Source: an uncultured Acidimicrobiia bacterium
GTDB lineage: Bacteria; Acidobacteriota; Terriglobia; Versatilivoradales; Versatilivoraceae
Length of the DNA stretch: 64,000 nt
Assembly: GCA_963786955.1 (NCBI GenBank)
Contig: CAWBAT010000009.1
Span: 288,001 to 352,000, forward strand
Direction: 5' to 3'
In this document: positions 51,605 to 63,551 of the stretch, piece by piece
Position numbering within the stretch: position 1 is the first letter of the stretch
Layout of the letters: every line of letters begins with the position of its first letter
Made by a program: the position numbers and the translations under genes
The notes under the pieces: model-generated
What the model was told of the DNA's origin: nothing
Databases searched by the model: none
The model's input: the letters and a program-made list of their open reading frames with translations, nothing else

Positions 51605-54600
51605 ATGATGATCGAAAGAATTATAGAGTTTAGCGCAAAACAACGGGTGATCGTCATTCTGATGACGCTGGCGGTTGTCGTTCTGGGAATCTGGACTCTG
51701 AAAAACCAGCCTATCGACGCAATCCCCGACCTTTCCGATACCCAGGTTATCGTTTATTCACGATGGGACCGCTCTCCAGATATTATGGAAGACCAGGTCA
51801 CTTATCCCATTACGGCGGCTTTGTTGGGAACTCCAAGGGTCAAAAGTATTCGCGGTTTTTCCGACTTTGGTTTCTCATATGTCTATGTCATTTTTGAAGA
51901 TGGAACTGACATTTACTGGGCTCGGAGCCGTGTGCTGGAGTATCTCAGCAAAGTCACGAGTTCCCTCCCACCAGGCGTTAAAACTGAAATTGGGTCCGGA
52001 TGCGACCGGGGTAGGCTGGGTATTTCAATATGCCCTGGTCGATGACAGTGGAAAGCATTCCTTGGCGGAATTGCGCTCCTTTCAAGACTGGACGCTGCGT
52101 TACGCGCTTCAATCGGTCCCCGGGGTTGCAGAAGTGGCCTCCATTGGAGGATTCCAGAACCAATTTCAAATCGTCGTCGATCGGACCCGGATGGCGGCCC
52201 TCAATATACCCATCACGAAAGTCACCGAAGCGGTTCGCAGTTCAAATGAAGAAACGGGTGGACGGCTGATCGATTTCTCCGGCCGTGAATATATGGTGCG
52301 CGGCAGAGGGTATATTCAGAAGATCGAAGACCTCGAAAAGATTGTGCTGAAAACTGACGAACGGGGGACACCGGTCCTTTTGAAAGACATTGCGCGGGTG
52401 GAACGAGGTCCGGAAATACGCCGAGGCCTAGTCGATCTTAACGGTAAAGGCGATATCGTCGCCGGCATCGTCATCATGCGCCACAATGAAAACGCTGATC
52501 GGGTGATCCGGCGCGTCAAAGAAAAGCTACAGGACATGGAAAGCTCGTTTCCGTCAGGAGTCCGCGTCGTCACAACTTACGACCGCTCTGAACTCATCGA
52601 GCATTCGATTGCGAATCTCAAGCACGAGTTGTTGATTGAAATCATCATCGTCAGTTTGGTGATCTTGCTTTTCTTATGGCATATTCCCTCAGCCATAGTC
52701 CCCATTGTCACCATTCCCGTCTCCGTTCTGCTCTCATTCATTCCCATGTATTGGATGGGGCTGAACTCGAACATCATGTCCCTGGCGGGGATTGCGATAT
52801 CCATTGGAGTCCTTGTCGATGGCGCTATCGTTGAAGTTGAAAACGCTTATAAGAAACTCGAATTGTGGATTGAAGGGGGGAGAGTTGGAGATTATCTCGA
52901 GATCAGACTTCAAGCTCTTAAAGAAGTCGGCCCTTCGGTGTTTTTCTCCCTGTTGGTCATCGCCGTTGCATTTTTGCCGGTATTCACCCTGATCGATCAA
53001 GAAGGCCGTCTATTCAAGCCTTTGGCGTTTACAAAGAATTTTGCCATGGCCATTGCAGCGATCTTGGCTTTGACGCTTGATCCTGCCATGCGAATGATGT
53101 TCACACGCCTTGATTTCTATACCTTTCGCCCCAAATGGCTCGCCTGGATCGCCAATCAGGTTCTGGTTGGCAAATATTATAAGGAAGAGCGACATCCCAT
53201 CAGCCGTCTGCTGTTCAAAGTCTATGAACCGGCAGCCCGTTTGGTGCTGCGGCACCCCAAGACGACTATCCTGATCGCGCTGCTTTTGGTGGCCACAACA
53301 ATTCCTATTTATTTCCGGCTCGGCACGGAGTTCATGCCCCCTTTAAACGAAGGAGTCATTCTTTACATGCCCACGACATTGCCCGGAATCTCGATTGCTC
53401 AGGCCCAATCTCTGCTCCAGAAGCAAGACCAGATTCTCATGCAATTTCCAGAAGTCAAACTAGTCTTTGGGAAAGCCGGCCGCGCCGAGACCTCTACCGA
53501 CCCGGCTCCTCTTTCGATGATGGAAACCACAGTGCTGTTGAAACCCCTGTCAGAATGGAGGAGCGAGCACGAGATGGTATTCGGATCAGGCTCCCGAATG
53601 GCTGAAAGAGTGGGTGTTGCGAAGAATTTGGCCCGAACATATTTCTTGGGAAGAGCTCGTCGCAGAGATGGATGAGAAGCTCAAAATGCCCGGCGTGACG
53701 AATGCTTGGACCATGCCCATCAAGAACCGGATTGACATGCTGACCACTGGGATTCGGACTCCGGTGGGGATTAAAGTATTCGGCGAAGACTTGCGTGAAA
53801 TGGAGAAGATTGGCGCACATCTCGAAGGCATTTTAAAGCAACTGCCGGAAACTCGATCGGTCTATGCGGAGCGAGTTGCCGGAGGCTTCTTCTTAGACTT
53901 TGAACTCAATCGAGACCAACTGGCACGATTCGGTCTCTCTGTTGGCGACGCTCAGGCGGTAATCATGTCGGCGATCGGAGGGAGAAAATGTCACGACGAC
54001 AATCCAAGGTCGGGCACGATACCCAGTCAACGTCCGCTACCCTCGGGAGTTGCGTGACAATCTGGACCGGATCAACCAAATCCTGATATCCACTCCGAGT
54101 GGGGCGCAAATTCCATTGTCTCAAATTGCCGCAATCCACCAGGTGACCGGCCCTTCCATGATCCGGGATGAAAATGGGATGCTCGCTGGATACGTTTTCG
54201 TGGACATCGCGACCAGCGATATCGGAGGATATGTCCATAAGGCTAAGAGTTTGGTGGAAAGGGAACTGAAGATTCCGCCCGGATATTCTCTGGTCTGGAG
54301 CGGGCAATACGAAAACATCCTTCGTGTCCGGGAACGCTTGAAGCTGGTTGATCCCCGTGACCCTATCCCTAATTTTTGTATTACTCTATTTAAACACTCG
54401 ATCGGTTGCAAAAACTTGTATCGTGATGCTCGCTGTTCCATTTTCCGTTATCGGCGCAATCTGGTTGATGTACTTGTTGGATTACAATGTCTCCATTGCC
54501 GCCTGGGTGGGGATGATTGCCTTGATGGGTCTTGATGCAGAAACTGGTGTCTTCATGCTCCTTTTCCTGGACCTGTCCTATGACGACGCCAAACGGCGAG

Positions 54601-54892
54601 GAAAACTCCAAAACAAGTCTGAACTCGAGGAAGCGATCATCCATGGCGCCGTTAAAAGGGTTCGACCCGAAAATGATGACGGTAATGGCTGCGTTTATGG
54701 GTCTGATGCCTATCATGTGGTCAATTGGACACCGGGGCAGACATGATGAAGCGAGTTGTCGCCCCCATGGTCGGGGGGCTGGCTACGTCGTTTCTGCTCG
54801 AATTACTCGTCTATCCGGCAATTTATTACTTGTGGAAATGGCACTCTGAGGTGCGGACAATGAGTGAATTGTCAAAGCAAACCGTTCCTTGA
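51605..54892 (+). CDS. cusA: CusA-family Cu/Ag RND efflux pump (about 6 frameshifts)
   Basis: DAIPDLSDTQVI, GPDATGVGW, EFMPPLNEG, WTMPIKNRIDML, DAETGV, RVRPKMMT in successive frames; stop at 54890-54892. Confidence 0.92.
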
Positions 54893-54909
54893 CGAATGGG
54901 AGTAATAAA

Positions 54910-55414
54910 ATGACCAATCGGAAATCGTTGTTAGGTGGACTGATCATCATCTTGCTATTGGGGATCGTCTTCTACCTGGTGGTAATCGGTTACTTTGCCG
55001 GGGCGAAACCGATCTGTGCCGTCTGTCAGCGCCCTTTACATAAGGCGGTTTCTTTTACTTTGCAATCATCTAAGGGCCGAACCATGTCAACTTGTTGCCC
55101 TCGTTGTGGCTTGCGCTACGTCGTTGACGGGAATGCCTCTCCTCTTTGGGCGACAGACTTCAGTAACGGCAAGGCGATCCCTGCCAAAGAGGCTATTTTA
55201 CCTGGAAGGATCACAGATTATGGAATGCTGCGCCACGCCAACCCTCAGAGGGGAACACGGCATCGTCTGCGAAATGCACTTTGACCGGTGTCAGCCAAGC
55301 CTTGTCACGTTTGCCAATCATGAAGAAGCGCAACGCTATCAAGCTGAGCATGGCGGCCACATCTTTCATTACGATGATGCTCTCGCCAGCGTGCAGCACC
55401 AGATGGTGAGGTAG
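54910..55414 (+). CDS. NosL-like Cys-rich membrane-anchored protein (frameshift near 55195)
   Basis: TM, CAVC, CCPRC, ATDF, MECC, LVTF...EAQRYQAEHGG. Confidence 0.6.
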
Positions 55415-55443
55415 TCCATAGGAAAGCGGGCGTCTCGCTCGCT

Positions 55444-56250
55444 TTGGCAGTTAACGGAGGGAAAATGCAAAAACACACTAATCCGTTCACCTCGGTAGAG
55501 GCCGTCGTGAGACCTTACAAATCAATGGCTTCATATCTTGCACTGGTCTGGATTGCCATTGCTGTTTTCCTGCAAATGTCCTCTTCACTCAGGGCTGAGG
55601 TACGCCTGCCTGTCCGGCATGAACATTCACTGAAAGACTGCACAGGAGAGCTTGTATTTATGGACCAGGGAGTTGAATATGTCACTAAAAATGCAAAGCA
55701 CGCCCGGTCCTGGACTTACACAGATATTCAACAACTCGGGCTGTTCGATTCAAAAAACATTTCCATCGTAACGTATGAAGACAGCAGACTGGAGTTGGGA
55801 AAAGACCGGCGCTTCCATTTTGTGGTGACTGAGGGGTCTATACCGGATTCACTTCCCAGTTTTCTTCAACCCCGCTTGACGAGACCGCTCGTTACCGGGA
55901 TCATGCCGCCTGGGCTTCAAAGCAAATATGAGATTCCAGTAAAACACCTGCACGCCTGGGGAGGATGTCAGGGATTGCTCCGGATAAGTGAAGATACCAT
56001 CAGCTACGAGACCACAAACCATGAAGATTCACGCCTCTGGCGCTACGATGCGATTTCATCCATGGGCAGCACGGGACCCTATCAGCTGCGGTTGACAACC
56101 ATGGAAAGAACAGGATCAGAAATCAGCGGCGAGAAAAATTTTATTTTCGATCTGAAGTTGCGTCTCGAGCCGAAAGTCTATGACTTCCTCTGGTGGAAGA
56201 TCAATGGTCCACAAATCCATGCGCAGAACCAAAATGGACAAAGGCAATAA
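55444..56250 (+). CDS. Hypothetical exported protein with an internally duplicated HxH...CxG domain
   Basis: VRHEHSLKDCTGELVF...RSWTYTDI and VKHLHAWGGCQGLLRI...RLWRYDAI. Confidence 0.65.
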   Translation: MAVNGGKMQKHTNPFTSVEAVVRPYKSMASYLALVWIAIAVFLQMSSSLRAEVRLPVRHEHSLKDCTGELVFMDQGVEYVTKNAKHARSWTYTDIQQLGLFDSKNISIVTYEDSRLELGKDRRFHFVVTEGSIPDSLPSFLQPRLTRPLVTGIMPPGLQSKYEIPVKHLHAWGGCQGLLRISEDTISYETTNHEDSRLWRYDAISSMGSTGPYQLRLTTMERTGSEISGEKNFIFDLKLRLEPKVYDFLWWKINGPQIHAQNQNGQRQ

Positions 56251-56424
56251 GGACCTGTAGCGGCGCTCTATGAGCGCCGGCCAAGCTGTTAAAATGAAAA
56301 GAACACGGCGGTCACAGACCGCCGCTACAGCCGATTCATTCACGCATTACTTTGGACAAGGGGGGTTGTTACAATTCGCTATGGGGGTGGAGACCTCTGC
56401 TACAGTAGCATTCTCCTTGTCTCT

Positions 56425-58437
56425 TCAGACCTTCCCCAATGCCTTCTTCCCTGCTTCCAAGGTTTCGATGATGGTGTCCACGTCGAACACACACCCTCCC
56501 CAGGTTCCACCGCTCGCATTCTGTAATGCGGCCCAGAGCCTGGTATCGTCCGGGATTTGCGGGTCGCTAGTCAGATCGGGTCGCAACTTTCGTTGTGCAA
56601 GGACACGCTCCCCTTCTACGGCTCCAAAGATTTGCCCTCCGTGACCAACCAGATCAATGCTTCCTTCTAACTTGTTCCGGTCAACAATGATCTGAATAAT
56701 GTCTCCTTCAATCACCTTTCCGATAGGCCCGCCGGCCAGGGCCTCAGGCCCTACATGTCCGATACAGGCACCGGTGGAGACTCCCGAGAACCTGGCATCC
56801 GTTATGACCGCGATTTGTTTTCCAAAAGAGAGATGTTTGAGTGCCGAAGTAATTTGATAGATCTCTTCCATACCCGATCCTGCAGGTCCACGACAGATGA
56901 GAACAACAATATCCCCAGGTTTGACACGATCCGACTCATGACTTTTGATCGCTGCAATTGCCTCCCGCTCGCGTGTGAAGATTCTAGCCGGACCCACTTT
57001 TCGGTAAATCCCGTCAGCATCAACAACCGTGGGATCAATGGCGGTGCTTTTGATCACGGAGCCTTCCGGCGCAAGATTTCCTTTCGGAAAGGTGACCGTA
57101 CTGGTCAACCCTTTCTTCTTCGCCGATTCCGGGCTGAGGATCACATCATCAGGGTCGATTCCGTCCTTCTTGCGTAGGGCCTCCCGAACCCGCGTACGAC
57201 GCTCCGAGTGTTCCCACCAGTCCAGGACCTCTCCCAGCGGCTTACCGGATGCGGTCATGACATCGAGATGGAGTAACCCGAGTCGTCGGAGATGAAGCAT
57301 GACTTCCGGAACGCCGCCTGCCAGAAACACGCGAACCGTCGGATGATACATGGGACCATTCGGGAGCACATCGACGATGCGGGGAACCTGACGATTGAGG
57401 TCGATCCAATCCTGAACCGAAGGGCGTTTGATTCCTGCCGCATGGGCAATGGCTGGAATATGGAGGAGAAGATTCGTCGATCCGCCGAATGCAGCATGAA
57501 CCGCCATGGCATTCCGGAAGGCGTTTTCGGTCAAAATTTGATTGATATGAATCTTCTGGTCTTCCAACTGGATAAGAGCACGGGCCGATCGGCGAGCCAT
57601 GTCAAGCCAGATCGACTGCCCGGATGGAGCCAGAGCTGAGTGCGGCAAACTGAGGCCCAGCGCTTCCCCCACAACCTGGGAGGTCGCCGCCGTTCCCAAG
57701 AACTGGCAACCCCCACCAGGAGTTGCGCAAGCGGAACAAAGCAGTTCCGCGGCATCTTCAAAACTCACCTCACCATGCGCGAATCGCGCGCTCAACGATT
57801 GTACGGCTCCTGCATCCTCGCCTTCCTCCGGGGGAAGAGTGACACCGCCGGGCACCAGAATACACGGCAATTGATGCATTGAAGCTAACGCCATCATCAT
57901 GGCCGGCAACCCTTTATCACAGGTAGCCACTCCCATGACCCCGTGGCGAGTTGGGATCGATCGAATGAGCCGGCGAAAAACCTGAGCGGCATCGTTGCGA
58001 TAAGGGAGGCTGTCCATCATGCCTGCCGTCCCCTGCGTCCGGCCATCACAGGGGTCCGTGCAGAACCCCGCAAAAGGTAGACAATTTCGTAATTTAAACT
58101 CCTGGGCAGCCGCTTGCATTAAAAGGCCCACTTCCCAATGCCCAGTATGGTAGCCAAGCGCCACAGGTTGGCCATCGGGTTCTCGGATCCCGCCCTGCGT
58201 ACTTAAGATCAGAAATTGCTTCCCATTTAGCGCCGAAGGACTCCACCCCATTCCTGCATTCTGGCTATAGGCAAACAGGTTGCCGCTGGGTGAGTCGCGC
58301 AACATCTCCTCTGTAATTGGGACGCGCCCCTGCGGACCGGGAGATTTGGTTTCAATTTGATCAATGGCCGCGGGGTCTGATTCGAGTATGGATTTAACGA
58401 CTTCTTCAGCCAGGTTGCTCTTGTTTGATTCCTTCAC
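56425..58437 (-). CDS. YjhG/YagF-family D-xylonate dehydratase (IlvD/Edd superfamily)
   Basis: [46 protein letters not shown]. Confidence 0.93.
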   Translation of the reverse strand: MKESNKSNLAEEVVKSILESDPAAIDQIETKSPGPQGRVPITEEMLRDSPSGNLFAYSQNAGMGWSPSALNGKQFLILSTQGGIREPDGQPVALGYHTGHWEVGLLMQAAAQEFKLRNCLPFAGFCTDPCDGRTQGTAGMMDSLPYRNDAAQVFRRLIRSIPTRHGVMGVATCDKGLPAMMMALASMHQLPCILVPGGVTLPPEEGEDAGAVQSLSARFAHGEVSFEDAAELLCSACATPGGGCQFLGTAATSQVVGEALGLSLPHSALAPSGQSIWLDMARRSARALIQLEDQKIHINQILTENAFRNAMAVHAAFGGSTNLLLHIPAIAHAAGIKRPSVQDWIDLNRQVPRIVDVLPNGPMYHPTVRVFLAGGVPEVMLHLRRLGLLHLDVMTASGKPLGEVLDWWEHSERRTRVREALRKKDGIDPDDVILSPESAKKKGLTSTVTFPKGNLAPEGSVIKSTAIDPTVVDADGIYRKVGPARIFTREREAIAAIKSHESDRVKPGDIVVLICRGPAGSGMEEIYQITSALKHLSFGKQIAVITDARFSGVSTGACIGHVGPEALAGGPIGKVIEGDIIQIIVDRNKLEGSIDLVGHGGQIFGAVEGERVLAQRKLRPDLTSDPQIPDDTRLWAALQNASGGTWGGCVFDVDTIIETLEAGKKALGKV

Positions 58438-58779
58438 TTCATTCTCTCCTTAAAAGATTCCTGTCGGGTTTTCAACCTTACCAAATTCCCCTGAGTTTGT
58501 CTGTCCCCATAGTAACTAAATCCAAGCGCATTGCCATTGTAACTGCAGAAGACAGGTTGACCTTAAAGCGGACTTTTTTTCCGAAAAAAACCTCTAGCCC
58601 AATGCGACCTTTTACCCCGTGCTCTGAGAGGGTTTGTCTCCATCAAGAGACTCTACTGATGAGAATAAACCAGTTAGTTGGCGTCTCCAGTGTCCTACCT
58701 GCTTCAAAGAAATGCAGCGTGGCTGGAGCAACTCTTTGGCGAGAGAATTGCATCCATATATTGGTAGTGAGGGGGAAAC

Positions 58780-59118
58780 ATGAAAAGAAATCTTTCAGAA
58801 CTCGAACAAGGCCTGGATTGGATGAATCAGATAAAGCAAATTCTCGAGTTTGACGATAGCTCCATCAGGATGTTGCTTGGTCATTCTTATCCGAAGTTAT
58901 TCGACCAGGAAAAGGATTGGCCGATGGAAGATTCAATAGAATACAAGGTAGTCAGTTTTATGCCTCCAGAATCAGACAAGGTGTATTCGAATCTTGGTCA
59001 GTTTTCTGGTCAGCCAGATCTCAAGATGTTCTGGAACATTCATGTCCAAAAACAAGTTCTGTACTTTGAAGAAGAATGTCTACTGATGATGAATTTTTCC
59101 AGAAACCCCACCCTTTAG
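58780..59118 (+). CDS. Hypothetical protein
   Basis: 112-aa ORF with GAGGGGG before the ATG; no motif recognised. Confidence 0.5.
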   Translation: MKRNLSELEQGLDWMNQIKQILEFDDSSIRMLLGHSYPKLFDQEKDWPMEDSIEYKVVSFMPPESDKVYSNLGQFSGQPDLKMFWNIHVQKQVLYFEEECLLMMNFSRNPTL

Positions 59119-59170
59119 CCAAATACGACTTTTGAAGTGTCCGGCTCCCTGTGAAGAAAACATGCCGGAC

Positions 59171-60739
59171 TCACCTTGGACGCTTCTTCCAACGAACCAT
59201 TTCAACGACACCCCAACTCCCCACAGAAATCACAAGACACATCCACGCAAAGAGATCACCGAATTTTGTGTAAAGGGTTTGGTCAGCCTGAGTGTCAAAC
59301 CGTCCTTCAATCACAGTTCGTTCAAATCGCTTTGCCGTAACCAGGACTTCGCCATACGGGCTCACAATGGCACTGATCCCGTCATTAGCAACCCTGAGAA
59401 GGTAACGTCGATTTTCGACGGCGCGCATTCGAGCCATATTGAAATGCTGAAAAGGAGCCGCTGAATCGCCGAACCAGGCATCGTTTGTCACATTGACCAA
59501 TACCTCTGCTCCTAAGCGGGAAAATTGGCGTACTAAGTCTGGGAAAATTGCTTCGTAGCAAACAAATGTCCCCAACTCATGCCCGTTTTCCAGTCTTGAA
59601 ACAACGATTTCTTTTCCGGGTCGAAAGTTTCCTGCTTCCGTCGAAATCTTATTCACAAAGAAGAACACCTCCGGATAAGGGATATATTCTCCAAATGGGA
59701 CGAGATGAACTTTGTTGTATTGAGAGATCTTATCCCCAGAAGGTGAGAGTACTCCTACGCTATTGACTGGCATACCGTCTGGCTGAGCAGGAGTTGAACC
59801 TTGGAAATCGACAAAACCAAACAGAAAATAAGCATTCGCCTTGCGGGCGATACCCTGCAGTTGATCGCGAAAATCTTGATCATGATTGAAATAGAAAGGT
59901 GTCGGAGTTTCGGGCCAGAGAATCAGACTGAAGGAGGTTCCTTCTGCGGGCTTCTCCTTTTCAGAATCCGGGGTCGAAAGTTGGAACAGCTCATTGAGCA
60001 AATGGTGCCGAGACTCTTTGCTCCAGTCCTGGTCCAGTCCAATATTGGTCTGAACCATTCGAACGCGATTCTTCAGGTTCCCAGAGTGGATTTCTGGAAC
60101 TTTCCACAGAACACTGATGCCCCCAATTCCTAACAGAGTCCCTGCCAAAAACAAGGCTGATTTCCGGGAGTGAGAAATAAGGATATCGGCTAAGAACGCA
60201 TTCACGAGAACCAGCAGAAAGGAAAGTCCATAGACCCCTGTAAGTGAGGCGATTTGCACCAAGTGGAGATGATTGACTAGTGAATAGCCAAGAAGGCACC
60301 AGGGAAAGCCCGTTAGAAGATGCGTGCGGGCAAATTCGACCAGTACCCAGAAAAAAGGAGCGAGATAAAGAGACAAGGTCGGCCATGGAGCCGACAGTCT
60401 CGCAATGAGCAGCGTAAAAGCACCATAGAAGCAGGCCAGATAAGTGACCAGAAGAAAAAATATCAGACCGGATGCCAACCAGCCCAAGTCGCCGTAATTC
60501 TTGAGAACAGCGATAATCCAATAACAAGACCCCGTAAAAAAAACCGCCCCGCTTATCCACCCTAGCCCAAAAGCCCTTAGACTGGAGCGTTCCTGGCCAA
60601 TCGCAATCAGTAAGGGGACGAGAAAACACCACGCAAGCCAGGCGTAGGCAAATTTCGGAAACAGAGCAATATGGAGGGCCCCTGAGACTACTGCCAGCCC
60701 CAGTCGGTATTTGAAATGATATTGAATTCGGGAGGACAA
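59171..60739 (-). CDS. lnt: Apolipoprotein N-acyltransferase
   Basis: TGFPW, LWPE, YNKVHLVPFGEYIP, VCYEAIFP, TNDAWFG. Confidence 0.95.
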   Translation of the reverse strand: MSSRIQYHFKYRLGLAVVSGALHIALFPKFAYAWLAWCFLVPLLIAIGQERSSLRAFGLGWISGAVFFTGSCYWIIAVLKNYGDLGWLASGLIFFLLVTYLACFYGAFTLLIARLSAPWPTLSLYLAPFFWVLVEFARTHLLTGFPWCLLGYSLVNHLHLVQIASLTGVYGLSFLLVLVNAFLADILISHSRKSALFLAGTLLGIGGISVLWKVPEIHSGNLKNRVRMVQTNIGLDQDWSKESRHHLLNELFQLSTPDSEKEKPAEGTSFSLILWPETPTPFYFNHDQDFRDQLQGIARKANAYFLFGFVDFQGSTPAQPDGMPVNSVGVLSPSGDKISQYNKVHLVPFGEYIPYPEVFFFVNKISTEAGNFRPGKEIVVSRLENGHELGTFVCYEAIFPDLVRQFSRLGAEVLVNVTNDAWFGDSAAPFQHFNMARMRAVENRRYLLRVANDGISAIVSPYGEVLVTAKRFERTVIEGRFDTQADQTLYTKFGDLFAWMCLVISVGSWGVVEMVRWKKRPR

Positions 60740-60744
60740 GGCGG

Positions 60745-61455
60745 TTACTGCCGTTTGATGATTGTCTTATACCCTTCAGATTCGAGCTTCTTCCTGATCC
60801 GGTTCGCTTCCGATTCACTATTGTAAGGCCCCACCTGAATGCGAATCAGATGGTCAGATTGATCCTTGTCAGGGTGGATAATAAAGACACGGTAGCCCTT
60901 CAATCGAAGGGTCTTGGAGAGCTTCTCAGCCTCAGCGGTACTTTTTAAAGCCGCCACTTGAAGGCTAATCACCGGCTCAGCAGAATGTTTCTCTGGCTGG
61001 GCGGTTGAACCATGCCCAGTTTCGTTCTTTGTGGAGGATGATTTAGAAGGTTTACTCGTCTTCTTTTCTTGTACGGGGTCCGGGTGAAAGTTGCCTTCAA
61101 CCTTAGGATCTTTCACTGCATTATAGAAGTCAAGGTCCGGGGGGGGCTCTCCTGCTGGCGAAGGTCCAGCCTCATGCGTCATATCTTTAGTCACCACCCC
61201 CGGATTCTTTTCCTCTGTCTGTGGACTCGTCTTTAAAGGGGATTCGTTAGGTTGGGAGGAATCCACAGCCATTTCCGGCCCTCCGGGATTCTTTTCTGCC
61301 CAGAGTTCCTTGGCCGCTGGCGGCTGGACATGCGCTCTACCCACCAGGTAGCCCAACGCAAAAAAAACCGCGCAAACGCCCACCGCAGCCAGAAAGAAAA
61401 AGGCCAAATGACGGTGATCGAGATTAAAGGAGTTCCCTTCCCGGCTTTCTCGCAT
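60745..61455 (-). CDS. SPOR domain protein
   Basis: N-terminal TM, disordered linker, LQVAA...IRIQVGPY. Confidence 0.88.
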   Translation of the reverse strand: MRESREGNSFNLDHRHLAFFFLAAVGVCAVFFALGYLVGRAHVQPPAAKELWAEKNPGGPEMAVDSSQPNESPLKTSPQTEEKNPGVVTKDMTHEAGPSPAGEPPPDLDFYNAVKDPKVEGNFHPDPVQEKKTSKPSKSSSTKNETGHGSTAQPEKHSAEPVISLQVAALKSTAEAEKLSKTLRLKGYRVFIIHPDKDQSDHLIRIQVGPYNSESEANRIRKKLESEGYKTIIKRQ

Positions 61456-61466
61456 GGATTCCTCGT

Positions 61467-62228
61467 CTACTTCTTGATAAATGCTGAGATAATATCGATC
61501 GGTACTGGGAAGACCACAGTCGTGTTCTTCTCTACACCGATTTCCGTCAAGGTCTGAAGATAACGCAATTGGATTGCAATGGGCTCCTTCGTAATCACGG
61601 CAGCGGCTTCGGCCAGCTTGGCAGAAGCCTCAAATTCACCCTCGGCATGAATGATCTTGGCTCGCTTCTCGCGCTCCGCCTCGGCCTGTTTTGCCATGGC
61701 TCTCTGCATTTCTTGGGGCAAGTCGACTTGCTTCACTTCAACCAGAGCCACCTTGATCCCCCAGGCATCCGTATGCTGGTCAAGGATGCTCTGTAGTTTA
61801 GCATTTAAGATCTCCCTCTTGCTGAGCAGATCATCGAGTGGCACTTCGCCAAGAACCGAGCGGAGAGTGGTCTGGGCGAGCTGTGAAGTGGCATAGAGAT
61901 AGTTCTCCACATCGACGATAGCCTTAATGGCGTTCATGACACGAAAATAGACCACCGCATTCACCTTCACCGAAACGTTATCTCTAGTAATGATGTCCTG
62001 GGGAGGCACATCGAGCGTCACCGTCCGCAATGGAACTTTGACGATTTTATCGATGGGCCAAAACACAAAGATCAACCCGGGGCCTTTGGGCTGGGGGAAA
62101 AGTCGACCCAAACGAAAAATCACACCGCGTTCATACTCTCGCAAGACATTCAGCGAGTTAAACAACCAGATCACCACGATAATGCTAAAAAACAACGTTA
62201 GAGGCGGATTGAAGGATTCCATTGTCAT
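61467..62228 (-). CDS. SPFH/stomatin-like (slipin) protein
   Basis: [31 protein letters not shown]; RBS AAAGGAG. Confidence 0.95.
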   Translation of the reverse strand: MTMESFNPPLTLFFSIIVVIWLFNSLNVLREYERGVIFRLGRLFPQPKGPGLIFVFWPIDKIVKVPLRTVTLDVPPQDIITRDNVSVKVNAVVYFRVMNAIKAIVDVENYLYATSQLAQTTLRSVLGEVPLDDLLSKREILNAKLQSILDQHTDAWGIKVALVEVKQVDLPQEMQRAMAKQAEAEREKRAKIIHAEGEFEASAKLAEAAAVITKEPIAIQLRYLQTLTEIGVEKNTTVVFPVPIDIISAFIKK

Positions 62229-62263
62229 TTCTCCTTTCACTAATAGCACAGAAACAGCGAAGC

Positions 62264-63535
62264 CTAGACCTTCTCGACGTTCAGTTTCATTCCTGAAACC
62301 GCCAGGACTTTCACGTTCTCACCGGAACGGATGAGCGAAGAACTGGAGGCTTGCCAAATCTCCCCATGCACCCGCACCTTCCCTTCCTCTAGAATCTCGG
62401 TCAGAGCCAGGCCAATTTCTCCGACCATGCCTTCTTCGCCGGTCACCGACTTCTTCCGATGCGAAAGAATGACCAGCCGCATCAAAAAAATGGTAATCGC
62501 AGCAAATGGGAGGGTAATCCCAATGGAGGTTGTGAGTCGAACTTTCAGTTCCGGGATGGGAGAATCAATCAAGATCAATGACCCGAGAATCATGGCAATC
62601 ATCCCAAGAACTGCCAAGATGCCATAGCTTGTTACCTTGGCCTCTAATACGAATAAAACAATGGCTCCTATGATCAGGACCACTCCTAGAAAATTGATGG
62701 GTAGAATATTGAGCGCCACCATAGCAAGGAACAAGCAGAGTGCTCCGACAACTCCGGGAAGAATAAATCCGGGATGAGTAAATTCAATGTACAATCCCAT
62801 GAGTCCGATGACTCCCAAAATGATGGCGATGTTGGGATCCAATACTTTCGTGAGCAATTTCTGCCGCGACGACATGGGGAACGGAAAGAGTACTTCGCCT
62901 TTTAACTTGAGCCGGTGAGCACTGCCATCGAATCGTTGAATGGTCTTGCCGTCAAACTGATTCAATAAATCTTCCGTGTTTTTGGCGACTCCGTCGATGA
63001 GATGCTGTTGTAGGGCTTCAGACTCGGTGAACGACTTACTCTCAATGACGCCTTTCTCAGCTAATTCGGCGTTTCTTCCTCGTTTGCTGGCAAAACTCCT
63101 CAAGTACGCCGCGGCATCGTTCTCGACCTTCTTATTCATAACCTCATCGATTTTTCCCCCGCCGAGCATGACGGGATGAGCCGCCCCGGTGTTGGTGCCC
63201 GGAGCCATTACGGCGAGGTCGGCGGAGAGCAGAATATAAAAACCCGCTGAGGCAGCACGGACACCGCTCGGAGCGACATAAACGATCACAGGGACTTTCG
63301 ATGCTAGAATCTTTTCGATGATTTCACGCATCGACTGATCGAGCCCACCGGGGGTACTGAGCCGGATAATGACCGCTTCGGCCTTTTCCGCTTCGGCCCG
63401 GGTGATGCCTTGAATAATATATTCAGCAGTCGCCGGATGGATGACGTCATTCACCTCCAGACTAAAAACACTGGCTCGGAGAAGTAAGGGAAATAGGAAG
63501 AGGTGGATTCCAATTACCGGAATGATTTTTCGCAT
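62264..63535 (-). CDS. nfeD: NfeD-family membrane serine protease
   Basis: [22 protein letters not shown]-terminal VHGEIW OB domain; adjacent to SPFH. Confidence 0.93.
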   Translation of the reverse strand: MRKIIPVIGIHLFLFPLLLRASVFSLEVNDVIHPATAEYIIQGITRAEAEKAEAVIIRLSTPGGLDQSMREIIEKILASKVPVIVYVAPSGVRAASAGFYILLSADLAVMAPGTNTGAAHPVMLGGGKIDEVMNKKVENDAAAYLRSFASKRGRNAELAEKGVIESKSFTESEALQQHLIDGVAKNTEDLLNQFDGKTIQRFDGSAHRLKLKGEVLFPFPMSSRQKLLTKVLDPNIAIILGVIGLMGLYIEFTHPGFILPGVVGALCLFLAMVALNILPINFLGVVLIIGAIVLFVLEAKVTSYGILAVLGMIAMILGSLILIDSPIPELKVRLTTSIGITLPFAAITIFLMRLVILSHRKKSVTGEEGMVGEIGLALTEILEEGKVRVHGEIWQASSSSLIRSGENVKVLAVSGMKLNVEKV

Positions 63536-63551
63536 CGAGATCACGCTTATC

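Noticed and set aside
51605-54892. Programmed frameshifting or a naturally split cusA
   Set aside because: Many unrelated indels without slippery-site structure; error or decay is simpler.
59991-60818. 275-aa minus-strand ORF
   Set aside because: Alternative frame within lnt.
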